From the IMG/VR virus record IMGVR_UViG_3300011335_000546: 38,198 nt of DNA, one strand, 5' to 3'. Source of the DNA: a virus. Each line of letters begins with the position of its first letter. The stretch's first letter is position 1. Below are positions 1 through 7,457 of the stretch, piece by piece. The notes beneath the pieces were generated by a model. The model was not told where the DNA came from. It saw only the letters and a list, made by a program, of their open reading frames with translations, and searched no databases. The position numbers were made by a program, and so were the translations under genes.

Positions 1-127
1 AACTTTATCAAGCGAGTGTATCCATTACCAAGCAAGGTAGAGTTCTCACCTTATGACATGCTCAGTGCAGGTGAACGTACAGCTAAGACAAGAGCAGACC
101 ACAGTAGAGGTGTTGCATGGAACGTAT
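1..127. repeat. Terminal direct repeat, identical to 38072..38198 (circular closure / assembly overlap)
   Basis: Exact 127-nt identity read directly at both ends of the window. Confidence 0.95.
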
Positions 128-315
128 GGATTGGTGAGACAGACACGCAGCACAACATTAAGAACACTAAGTTCGCTGCATTCCAATCAATCGTGGAAGC
201 AACCGATCACTTCTCTAAGAACTACAAGAAGCAAGCAAGCAAGATGATCCTCGGCACGGACATACCAATTAAGTCACGTGCCCTACAACTATTAGGAGTT
301 AACAATGGGTCTTGA
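1..315 (+). CDS. DUF932-family (phage/plasmid-like) protein, C-terminal part; same gene as 37421..38198 across the circular junction
   Basis: Frame is open from base 1 (NFIKRVYPLPSK...) and is in phase with the ORF that runs off the right end. Stop TGA at 313-315. Joined product is about 321 aa. Confidence 0.7.
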   Translation, partial: NFIKRVYPLPSKVEFSPYDMLSAGERTAKTRADHSRGVAWNVWIGETDTQHNIKNTKFAAFQSIVEATDHFSKNYKKQASKMILGTDIPIKSRALQLLGVNNGS

Positions 316-790
316 TATGTACCTAAAAGTAAGAGAATATAATGTTCAACATAATCTCAAAGAGTCAGATAACTATAATACAATTATGCAGACTGTAAGT
401 ATTAAAGGTATGAAAGAAGTACCAATAATAGTATCAACAGAATACACAGTTATCTATTGGCGTAAAGCTAACCAAGTACATGGTTGGTTTGTAAATAAAT
501 TAGCTGATGGTGTTGATGAATGTCAAAGAATATCAGTAAGCAGAGATAACTTAGTAAAGTTACATGAAACTTGTAGCGTATTACTTGATACAAGATCAAC
601 TGAATTAGCTAGAGAAATACTACCACCAATGGATGGATTCTTCTTCCAAGGTGGAGGTGGACCAGCTAAAATTAACGAAGGTTACTGGCTTGATCTTGAG
701 CATACACATGAAGAACTAAGTAAGTTACTAGAACAGATCACAGAAGAAAACAAATGGGACTACAACATAGAATACCAAGCATCATGGTAG
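305..790 (+). CDS. Conserved phage protein of unknown function
   Basis: 161-aa ORF whose ATG overlaps the end of the preceding gene. Motifs MGLDMYL, YWRKANQVHGWF and DGFFFQGG recall a widespread uncharacterised phage family. No function assignable. Confidence 0.6.
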   Translation: MGLDMYLKVREYNVQHNLKESDNYNTIMQTVSIKGMKEVPIIVSTEYTVIYWRKANQVHGWFVNKLADGVDECQRISVSRDNLVKLHETCSVLLDTRSTELAREILPPMDGFFFQGGGGPAKINEGYWLDLEHTHEELSKLLEQITEENKWDYNIEYQASW

Positions 791-966
791 AGCTAACAGA
801 AGATCACTTTGCTATTGATGGATATAAAGCTGAGGTATTACTAAGTGAGGATACATTAGTTTATTTACAAAAGATTAATGAAGTAGTAATGGAAGGGGAA
901 GCTATGTGGTTTAAGAGTTTAGTTACATGTAGGTATGACCCATACACAGGAGATGAATATGGATAA
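784..966 (+). CDS. Hypothetical protein (60 aa)
   Basis: ATG 784 overlaps the previous stop (ATGGTAG). The ORF-track start at 754 lies inside the previous gene. Confidence 0.5.
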   Translation: MVELTEDHFAIDGYKAEVLLSEDTLVYLQKINEVVMEGEAMWFKSLVTCRYDPYTGDEYG

Positions 967-1129
967 AGAGGATAGGCATTTACGCACTTATACATTAGAA
1001 GAGTTAGAAGAAACTATTTGTAGGGACTGTTCAGTCAATAACATGGCTGAATACGCCTGCATTAACCACATGAAAGACAGCGAAGCAGTCTGCATAGACT
1101 GCTGCTATTGCCACAAGGAGGAATTCTAA
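959..1129 (+). CDS. Small Cys-rich protein (56 aa), putative zinc-binding
   Basis: ATG 959 overlaps the previous stop (ATGGATAA). Contains CRDC ... CINH ... CIDCCYCH. Confidence 0.5.
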   Translation: MDKEDRHLRTYTLEELEETICRDCSVNNMAEYACINHMKDSEAVCIDCCYCHKEEF

Positions 1130-1254
1130 TGGAAAATATAACTAAGTACTCATATTTAGATAAGTGTGATGGGTGTAATGCAAAAATGTGGGTACGTTTA
1201 ATTGATGACGGCAATAAACAATACTGCATTAAGTGTGATAAGGAGGAATACTAA
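1129..1254 (+). CDS. Small zinc-ribbon-like protein (41 aa)
   Basis: Below the ORF-track size cutoff; hand translation MENITKYSYLDKCDGCNAKMWVRLIDDGNKQYCIKCDKEEY. CDGC-x16-CIKC. TAATG stop-start overlap at 1127-1131. Confidence 0.45.
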   Translation: MENITKYSYLDKCDGCNAKMWVRLIDDGNKQYCIKCDKEEY

Positions 1255-1415
1255 TGGAATGTTGCACGTTAAACATAGAAGAACTATACAAGCAAGAAGA
1301 CGAAGATGTCTGCGAGTCGTGCTATGATCGTATCGAAGGACACATAGAAGACCTTATGTTAATTCAAGCTAAGGAAGATTTCTATGAGAGGAACAGAATA
1401 TATGATACAAATTAA
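1254..1415 (+). CDS. Small Cys-containing protein (53 aa)
   Basis: Hand translation MECCTLNIEELYKQEDEDVCESCYDRIEGH... TAATG overlap at 1252-1256. Confidence 0.4.
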   Translation: MECCTLNIEELYKQEDEDVCESCYDRIEGHIEDLMLIQAKEDFYERNRIYDTN

Positions 1416-1605
1416 TGGATATGAACTACCAGCACATGTATCTTATTCAGCACTAACAACATACCTTGACTGCGGTTGGAAGTATTATCTTACACGAGTA
1501 GAAAAGTTAGCCGAGACACCAGCATGGTATTTCTGTGGAGGTAGTGCGGTACATACAGCGACCGAGATGTACGATAAAGAACTATTTGAAACAGAAGGTA
1601 GATAA
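1402..1605 (+). CDS. Cas4/RecB-like PD-(D/E)XK nuclease, N-terminal piece
   Basis: SYSALTTYLDCGWKYYL (first Cys of the Cas4-type cluster) and GGSAVHTATE (motif I-like). The TAA at 1603-1605 overlaps the ATG of the next ORF. Start is 1402 (MIQING) or 1384. Confidence 0.6.
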   Translation: MIQINGYELPAHVSYSALTTYLDCGWKYYLTRVEKLAETPAWYFCGGSAVHTATEMYDKELFETEGR

Positions 1606-2222
1606 TGAATAAGTATTGGGAAGAAGCATGGATTAACCAGCAGTTCGAGCAGTATACAAAAACAGATGTTGATCAGGCACAATGGAAAGCATCAGGTCGT
1701 GCAACTAAAGCTAATCCCAATAAAGAAGATGGAGTTTGGTGGGCAGTTGAAGGCGAGAAGATGGTTGACTCATGGATTCAGTGGCGTAGCGGTGAGCACC
1801 CACTAACTATCTGGGAAGTACAACCTGGCAAGCCAGCCATTGAACTAGGACTTACACCTATCTGGAATGACATACCAGTACAGATGCACATTGATAGAGT
1901 TATGGTTAATCCTGATGGTGAACTAATAGTATTAGACATCAAGACTGGTGCACGTACGCCATCATCAGACTTACAGTTAGCGTTTTATGCAGCAGGTATG
2001 GAAGATATATTAGGTATTCGTCCACGCTATGGTGCATACTGGATGGCTAGAACTGGTCAGACCAGTGAGCTAATTGACCTAGACTATTTCAGTAAGGATA
2101 GTATAATTGAAATGGTTACTAAGTTTGATCAGGCACGTAAAGCAGAAATGTTCATACCAAATCTAAGCCACTGTATAATGTGTGGAGTAAAAGATCAATG
2201 CAAGTACAAGAGAAAAGGATAA
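1605..2222 (+). CDS. Cas4/RecB-like PD-(D/E)XK nuclease, C-terminal piece
   Basis: HIDRVMV...LIVLDIKTG (D...D/E-x-K core), QLAFYA (QxxxY) and C-terminal HCIMCGVKDQC cysteine cluster. Confidence 0.7.
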   Translation: MNKYWEEAWINQQFEQYTKTDVDQAQWKASGRATKANPNKEDGVWWAVEGEKMVDSWIQWRSGEHPLTIWEVQPGKPAIELGLTPIWNDIPVQMHIDRVMVNPDGELIVLDIKTGARTPSSDLQLAFYAAGMEDILGIRPRYGAYWMARTGQTSELIDLDYFSKDSIIEMVTKFDQARKAEMFIPNLSHCIMCGVKDQCKYKRKG

Positions 2223-2228
2223 AACAAA

Positions 2229-2687
2229 GTGGAAAGTAATTACGTAGTTAACGTAAAGACAAAAGTAGGTACAATCATCACCGTTCGTGGTAATGATTCT
2301 ACTGAGTTTGAAAGCAACATCAATGCTCTAGTAGGTAATGGAGTTAATAACAGTATAGCTGCAATGGAAGAATTGTTTCTCGGAGTGCAACCCAGTAACT
2401 CAGGAGTCAATACAGTGGTTGCTGCGCTAGGTGGTACAGTAATTAGTCAGACACCTATTTCAGCACCAGTAGCAGGATTCGCACCAATCGTACCGCCAAC
2501 ACACGTGGGTGGAGTCACAGCAGGCACAGCCAGCAGGGCTTGTATCCACGGTAACATGACTAAGCGTGAAGGTGAAGGACCATATGGTCACTACAAAGCC
2601 TTCATGTGTCCAACAGAAAAAGGTACAGTCGGTCAGTGCAAGGCTATTTACTTAAAGCCTAACGACCCAGACTACGCTACTTTCTAG
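2229..2687 (+). CDS. Hypothetical protein (152 aa) with C-terminal Cys/His segment
   Basis: GTG start with AAAGGA upstream. C-terminus reads CIHGNMTKREGEGPYGHYKAFMCPTEKGTVGQC. No family recognised. Confidence 0.55.
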   Translation: MESNYVVNVKTKVGTIITVRGNDSTEFESNINALVGNGVNNSIAAMEELFLGVQPSNSGVNTVVAALGGTVISQTPISAPVAGFAPIVPPTHVGGVTAGTASRACIHGNMTKREGEGPYGHYKAFMCPTEKGTVGQCKAIYLKPNDPDYATF

Positions 2688-2697
2688 TCGCATAGGT

Positions 2698-2739
2698 TTG
2701 AGAGGGCAGTGTAGTGGGGAAGGCTACCTGTCCTCTCAA
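2698..2739 (+). terminator. Stem-loop followed by T-rich tract (possible intrinsic terminator or attenuator)
   Basis: TTGAGAGGGCAG (2698-2709) pairs with CTGTCCTCTCAA (2728-2739) with one G:T pair, plus an inner GTAG/CTAC. Followed by TTAATTTATT. Confidence 0.45.
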
Positions 2740-2758
2740 TTAATTTATTGGGAGATAA

Positions 2759-3544
2759 ATGAAAACATTAAGTAGAGCAGTAGGTCGTCCTGACATTGGT
2801 GGTGAGCCAATGGCTACAGTATTCAGGACATTCGAGACAAACCAAATCGTATTGCGTAGAGCAGAAGTAAGTATGATTGCTGGTACTCCAGGTGCTGGTA
2901 AGTCTACACTTGCACTAGCTTTAGCGTTACGTATGCAAGCACCAACGTTATACCTATCAGCAGATACCAATGCTCATACTATGGCTATGCGTTTGTATTC
3001 AATGATAACAGGAGTAAGTCAGAGTGAAGCAGAGAAAATCATATCGGAAGACCCAGACAATTCTAGGAATAATCTTGCTCTTGCCAGCCATATTTATTGG
3101 GGTTTTGATAGTTCTCCTAGTCTTAGTGATATCGATGATGAGGTTACAGCAATTGAAGAATTACTTGGAGAACCACCAGCCTTAATAGTTATTGATAACT
3201 TGATGGATATTAGTATGGACGGCGGAGAAGAATTCGGTAACATGCGTAGTGCACTTAAAGAACTTAAGTACTTAGCAAGAGATACCAACGCCGCTATCTT
3301 AGTGTTACACCATACACAAGAAGGCTATGTCGGAGACCCATGTCAGCCAAGATCGTCCTTACAAGGCAAGGTAGCACAGTTACCTGCGCTTATCCTTACC
3401 GTTGGACAGACTGGCAATGGACTACTAGGTGTGGCTGCAGTAAAAAATAGATACGGTAGAGCAGACCAGTCAGGTAAAACACCAGTATGGTTACAGTTCA
3501 ACCCAGAGTACATGTTTATAGCAGACCTAGAGGAAGCACGATGA
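2759..3544 (+). CDS. RecA-superfamily ATPase of the DnaB-like helicase C-terminal-domain type (helicase or recombinase)
   Basis: Walker A GTPGAGKST, Walker B LIVIDNLMD, ILVLHHTQEG. GGGAG immediately upstream of the ATG. Confidence 0.7.
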   Translation: MKTLSRAVGRPDIGGEPMATVFRTFETNQIVLRRAEVSMIAGTPGAGKSTLALALALRMQAPTLYLSADTNAHTMAMRLYSMITGVSQSEAEKIISEDPDNSRNNLALASHIYWGFDSSPSLSDIDDEVTAIEELLGEPPALIVIDNLMDISMDGGEEFGNMRSALKELKYLARDTNAAILVLHHTQEGYVGDPCQPRSSLQGKVAQLPALILTVGQTGNGLLGVAAVKNRYGRADQSGKTPVWLQFNPEYMFIADLEEAR

Positions 3545-3765
3545 AATTAAAAATACGCAAAGACTGGGCAGAAATTGCTTACATAAATAAAAAAGAATCT
3601 GTTTATTATTTAGAAGCAATTAAACGTGTGCGTGAACTGCATAAAAAAATTCCAGCAAGAGATTCTAGTAATGAATTTACTTGCAAGGAATGTTATGCGT
3701 TCTATACGCATTACGAGTATGAGTATCCATGTCCAACAATTCAAGCACTAGGGGATACACGATGA
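3541..3765 (+). CDS. Small CxxC / YPCPT-motif protein (74 aa)
   Basis: ATGA start-stop overlap with the ATPase gene. Contains CKEC...YEYPCPT. A paralogue lies at 34155..34307. Confidence 0.55.
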   Translation: MKLKIRKDWAEIAYINKKESVYYLEAIKRVRELHKKIPARDSSNEFTCKECYAFYTHYEYEYPCPTIQALGDTR

Positions 3766-3833
3766 CAACTAACGTAATAATAACCATAGTAACAACAGCA
3801 TTACTTATATTTCTAATATGGATGCAAAGATGA
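3762..3833 (+). CDS. Possible 23-aa hydrophobic micro-ORF
   Basis: Hand translation MTTNVIITIVTTALLIFLIWMQR. ATGA overlaps at both ends (3762-3765, 3830-3833). Confidence 0.25.
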   Translation: MTTNVIITIVTTALLIFLIWMQR

Positions 3834-4165
3834 GTAAGTCTAAACAAAAAGGAACTGCTGCAGAAACAGCAGTAGTCAATTGGTTACTAAGTAAAGGACG
3901 TAAACAAGTTGAACGACGATCACTCAATGGTAGTAACGACAGGGGCGACATTGCTGGCATTCCTACTGTTGTTATTGAAGTCAAGAATTGTGTAAAAGTA
4001 GAACTATCAGCATGGTTAAAAGAACTAGAAGCTGAAATGATTAATGATAAAGCTGACGCAGGTGTAGTGATTCATAAGAAAAAAGGAACTCAAGATGTTG
4101 GACTATGGTACGCAACCATGCCAGTAAACATGTGGTTCAAACTACTAGAAGAAGCAGGATACTAA
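3818..4165 (+). CDS. Hjc-type (archaeal-like) Holliday junction resolvase-like PD-(D/E)XK nuclease
   Basis: GTAAETAVVNWLLSKG ... RGDIAG ... VIEVKN (E-x-K) pattern. Alternative start at 3830 (MSKSKQKG). Confidence 0.6.
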   Translation: MDAKMSKSKQKGTAAETAVVNWLLSKGRKQVERRSLNGSNDRGDIAGIPTVVIEVKNCVKVELSAWLKELEAEMINDKADAGVVIHKKKGTQDVGLWYATMPVNMWFKLLEEAGY

Positions 4166-4332
4166 TGAGCGTTGAGTTAGAACTTAACCAAGAAGAAGAA
4201 GAATATATCTTAAGACTTATCATGCCAAAGAATGATGTGTTTACATTAGAAACTATGATCGCACCATTTATTGACACTGGAATTATTACATCAGTTGCTA
4301 TATTAGAAGAGACAAGTAGATATTTTAAATGA
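4165..4332 (+). CDS. Hypothetical acidic protein (55 aa)
   Basis: TAATG overlap at 4163-4167 gives MSVELELNQEEEEYIL... The ORF-track start at 4105 lies inside the previous gene. Confidence 0.45.
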   Translation: MSVELELNQEEEEYILRLIMPKNDVFTLETMIAPFIDTGIITSVAILEETSRYFK

Positions 4333-4691
4333 CAGATGTACCACCTATCGCTGCAATCATAGAACACTATGGTGGCAGATTACGTAGGGACTACGGCAGT
4401 TGGCAGAAGATTAAGTGCCCATTCCATGACGATAGCCACGCATCAGCAGGCGTATCAGTTACAGATAACATCTTTGTATGTCATGGTTGTGGAGTGAAAG
4501 GAAATTCATTTAACGTAATTAAACTACATGAAGGAGTAAAGTACGGTGAAGCTATCAAGATCGCAGAAAGTATTACTGGAGAAAGCTACAAGTCATTACG
4601 AACAGTACCTGCCCTTGGCAGAAGAGTATCTAGCCAGACGAGGAATAAGTCCAGAGACGGCTCAAAAGATACGATTAGGAGTCGTCGTTGA
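4329..4691 (+). CDS. DnaG-type primase, CHC2 zinc-finger part
   Basis: CPFHDDSHASAGV...FVCHGCGVKGNSFNVI. Recognisable similarity ends near AESITGE (about 4581). The remaining ~37 codons are Arg/Ser-rich and look out of frame. Confidence 0.75.
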   Translation: MTDVPPIAAIIEHYGGRLRRDYGSWQKIKCPFHDDSHASAGVSVTDNIFVCHGCGVKGNSFNVIKLHEGVKYGEAIKIAESITGESYKSLRTVPALGRRVSSQTRNKSRDGSKDTIRSRR

Positions 4692-5163
4692 TCCACTAGC
4701 TGGACAAGAAGCATTTATAAATAGATTAGCTATACCTTATCTAACACCAACAGGTGTAGTAGATATCAGGTTTAGATCAATGGGATTAGAAGAACCTAAA
4801 TACATGGGTATGCCTGGTACATCCACTAGGCTTTACAATGTAAACGCTCTGCATACAGCAGGGAACTTTATAGCAGTATGCGAAGGAGAAATAGATGCAA
4901 TCACACTTAGTTATTCTTGTAACATTCCTGCTGTGGGTGTGCCTGGAGCTAATGCTTGGAAAAGGCACTATGGAAGATTACTTGCAGACTTTGAAACTAT
5001 CTATGTTTTTGCTGACGGTGATCAGCCTGGCTCTGATTTTGCAAAGAGTTTAAGTAAAGAATTTAACAGCGTAATTATTATGCAGATGCCAGAAGGTGAG
5101 GACGTTAACTCAATGTTCTTACGTAATGGATCTGGATACTTCACAGAAAAGATAGCAGCATGA
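4546..5163 (+). CDS. DnaG-type primase, TOPRIM part
   Basis: LPLAEEYLARRGIS linker, CEGEIDAITL (TOPRIM Glu), FADGDQPG (DxD). GTG 4546 has AAGGAG 9 nt upstream. This frame is closed by TAA at 4537. Confidence 0.75.
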   Translation: MKLSRSQKVLLEKATSHYEQYLPLAEEYLARRGISPETAQKIRLGVVVDPLAGQEAFINRLAIPYLTPTGVVDIRFRSMGLEEPKYMGMPGTSTRLYNVNALHTAGNFIAVCEGEIDAITLSYSCNIPAVGVPGANAWKRHYGRLLADFETIYVFADGDQPGSDFAKSLSKEFNSVIIMQMPEGEDVNSMFLRNGSGYFTEKIAA

Positions 5164-5483
5164 GAAAGTCAACTAAACAAAAACTCAATGAAATGGATAA
5201 AAGAATACTTGATATTTCTTCTACCTTTCAATGGTTCAAGCGTGAAACCAATCAAGACTTAGAAAATTTACGTAGAAAATTTAACGAACTTACTATGGGT
5301 CCAGAAACTTCAGCTACCAAACGTGAGTTAAATAGTTTAAGTCAGTTAACTGAAGCTAAGTTTGATGCTCTTGAACATTCATTCAATGAGATACTAGAAA
5401 TTCTTGAACTAAAGAAAATCAAAAAAACTAACTGTCCTGAATGTAAACAAGAACTACCAGAGGATTACAATGGAACAATTTAG
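5160..5483 (+). CDS. Coiled-coil protein (107 aa) with C-terminal CPEC
   Basis: ATGA overlap with the primase stop; heptad-like Leu/Glu-rich sequence. Confidence 0.5.
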   Translation: MRKSTKQKLNEMDKRILDISSTFQWFKRETNQDLENLRRKFNELTMGPETSATKRELNSLSQLTEAKFDALEHSFNEILEILELKKIKKTNCPECKQELPEDYNGTI

Positions 5484-5973
5484 CAGTTTAACAAATCAAG
5501 TAAATGAGTTACTAGAACTAGAAGCACACGAAAAGAAAATAAAGGAGTATGACAATGCAAGACTTTACCGAACAAGAAATAAACCACATCTTCCTAACCC
5601 TCACGGAGATGGGTTTGCTGGTTGTGGATGTGAAATATGCGAACGGACTTACTCTAACATTAAAAAGACCAATTCTAAAATAGCACCACCATCACCATTG
5701 CAATTTGCTGCAGAACTTATAGCACAAAAAGCTGTGAATTTACTAGTACAAAAGCACGAAGACTATGGACCAGCTAACATCTCTGATGCTCCAGGTGGAC
5801 CATTGAACGGACTAAGTGTAAGACTGCACGACAAAGTAGCAAGATTAAACAATCTATTATCTAACAAGAAGAAACCAAAGAACGAAGCTATTGAAGATAC
5901 ATTCATTGACATACTCAATTATGCCATCATTGCTTTATTAGTAATTGATGGCAAGTGGGATACTACTAAGTAG
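5470..5973 (+). CDS. DUF1599 / MazG-like all-alpha NTP-pyrophosphohydrolase-fold protein
   Basis: KHEDYGP...GLSVRLHDKVARLNNL...EAIEDTFIDILNYAIIAL fits the DUF1599 pattern from memory. The N-terminal part carries CGCEIC. Confidence 0.5.
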   Translation: MEQFSSLTNQVNELLELEAHEKKIKEYDNARLYRTRNKPHLPNPHGDGFAGCGCEICERTYSNIKKTNSKIAPPSPLQFAAELIAQKAVNLLVQKHEDYGPANISDAPGGPLNGLSVRLHDKVARLNNLLSNKKKPKNEAIEDTFIDILNYAIIALLVIDGKWDTTK

Positions 5974-5979
5974 GTAAAT

Positions 5980-6738
5980 ATGAAAACAGTTATAGTGATA
6001 CCTGATATGCAAATACCTTACCATGATCCTCGTGCTGTACGTGCAGTGCAGAACTTTGTGGGTGACTACCAACCAGATGAACTATACTGTGTTGGTGATG
6101 AAGCAGATAGTCCTGAACCATCTAGATGGAACAAAGGTTTAGTTGGAGAGTTTGAAGGAACTCTACAAGCAGGATTAGATCGTACTGCTGCTATTATGAA
6201 AGAGTTTAAAAATAAACTAGGTGATAAGCCTTTCCATACAATGAGGAGTAACCATGGTGACAGAGTTGAGAACTACGTTAAACGATATGCACCAGCTCTT
6301 TCAAGTCTGCGGGAGTTGGAATACGCCAAGCTTTTACATTACAGTGAAAACGAGATTACCTATCACGATTCACTCTGGGAGTTTACGCCAGGATGGGTAC
6401 TGGCACATGGAGATGAAGGCACTATCTCAAGGCAAGCTGGTGGGACGGCTCTTGCTTTGGCTCGCAAAATTGGGTCTTCAGTCGTCTGTGGGCATACACA
6501 TCGTGCGGGAGTCCAACATGAGCACCAAGGGTACAACGGCAAGATTTACAATCGTCTCTACGGAGTTGAAGTCGGACACCTTATGGATCTTAGCCAAGCG
6601 ACTTATCTAAATACAGGCAGTGCTAACTGGCAACAAGCATTTACTATTCTATTCATACGTAGAGGTAATGTAACTCCTGTTGTTGTTCCTATTAATGGAC
6701 GATCTTTTGTAGTTGAGGGTAAAACATATGAGTTCTAA
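5980..6738 (+). CDS. Calcineurin-like metallophosphoesterase
   Basis: Ordered motifs IPDMQIPYHD, VGDEAD, SNHGD, AHGD, CGHTHR. Confidence 0.85.
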   Translation: MKTVIVIPDMQIPYHDPRAVRAVQNFVGDYQPDELYCVGDEADSPEPSRWNKGLVGEFEGTLQAGLDRTAAIMKEFKNKLGDKPFHTMRSNHGDRVENYVKRYAPALSSLRELEYAKLLHYSENEITYHDSLWEFTPGWVLAHGDEGTISRQAGGTALALARKIGSSVVCGHTHRAGVQHEHQGYNGKIYNRLYGVEVGHLMDLSQATYLNTGSANWQQAFTILFIRRGNVTPVVVPINGRSFVVEGKTYEF

Positions 6739-7369
6739 TGGAGTTGTCTATGAGATGTACAACGAGATGGTTAAACAGATTGGTTCAGAGTTTAAACGTA
6801 AATACCAAATGGTTGAACGTGCAGACATTGAACAAGAGATGTGGCTATGGTTCGCTGAGCATCCTAACAAGATAGAAGAATGGCTAGCATTACCTGACCA
6901 AAAAGATAGAGATAAACTATTTGCTAGGTCACTACGTAATTCTGCCCTTGACTATTGCATCAAAGAGAAGGCACATAAAGCTGGCTACAGTGCAGAAGAT
7001 AACTTCTGGTACAACAAGCAGTTCATTAAACTTATGATCCCTGCTGTACTTAGTGATGATTGGACTAAGCTTAACAACACTCTAAGCAATATGGGTAGAG
7101 GTAGTCAGGTACTAGCAGAGTCAGGTAACTTCATGGCTTTTAGTTCCGACATCAAGGTTGCCTTTGAGAAACTAAATGAAAGAGAAAGATCATTAGTAAA
7201 GCTATTCTATGGTGAACAAGTAGACGGAGCAGAGCTACATGAAAGAATAGATAGCAGTAAGTCTCAAAAAGCAGTAATGATGGAAGCTAACAGAGCAGTC
7301 AGCAAAATGGTTAGAATACTAGGTGGAAATCCACCAGTAAAAGATGAGGACTACCTCAGTAATACATAA
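6728..7369 (+). CDS. Sigma-70/ECF-like transcription factor (putative late-gene regulator)
   Basis: Region-2-like DIEQEMWLWF...RSLRNSALDY and region-4-like LNERERSLVKLFYGE...ANRAVSKMVRILGG. GAGGG lies 8 nt before ATG 6728. Last gene of the + unit. Confidence 0.5.
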   Translation: MSSNGVVYEMYNEMVKQIGSEFKRKYQMVERADIEQEMWLWFAEHPNKIEEWLALPDQKDRDKLFARSLRNSALDYCIKEKAHKAGYSAEDNFWYNKQFIKLMIPAVLSDDWTKLNNTLSNMGRGSQVLAESGNFMAFSSDIKVAFEKLNERERSLVKLFYGEQVDGAELHERIDSSKSQKAVMMEANRAVSKMVRILGGNPPVKDEDYLSNT

Positions 7370-7377
7370 AAAATAAA

Positions 7378-7427
7378 CCCCTCTAAGGTGGTCTGTACTA
7401 AGTTCATACCTGACTACCCTAGAGGGG
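7378..7427. terminator. Hairpin between the convergent + and - units; the U-tract is on the - strand side
   Basis: CCCCTCTA (7378-7385) pairs with TAGAGGGG (7420-7427). On the - strand the stem is followed by TTTATTTTTTA. Confidence 0.5.
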
Positions 7428-7457
7428 ATTAAATCGCTCTACGTGGCTCTGAGAGCC

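Noticed and set aside
1590-1610. Programmed -1 frameshift joining the two nuclease ORFs
   Set aside because: The downstream frame is closed by TAG at 1599-1601 and the upstream frame ends at 1603-1605, leaving a one-codon window and no X-XXY-YYZ slippery site. Stop-start coupling (TAATG) or a sequence error are the remaining options.
6254-6610. 118-aa alternative-frame ORF inside the metallophosphoesterase gene
   Set aside because: The overlapping frame carries all five phosphoesterase motifs. The alternative product has no features and no RBS.
7417-7427. 11-mer CCCTAGAGGGG shared between the convergent terminator and the hairpin at 33561..33571
   Set aside because: In a 38-kb sequence, well over a hundred chance 11-mer pairs are expected (N squared over 2, divided by 4 to the 11th). 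Both copies are simply short GC stems.
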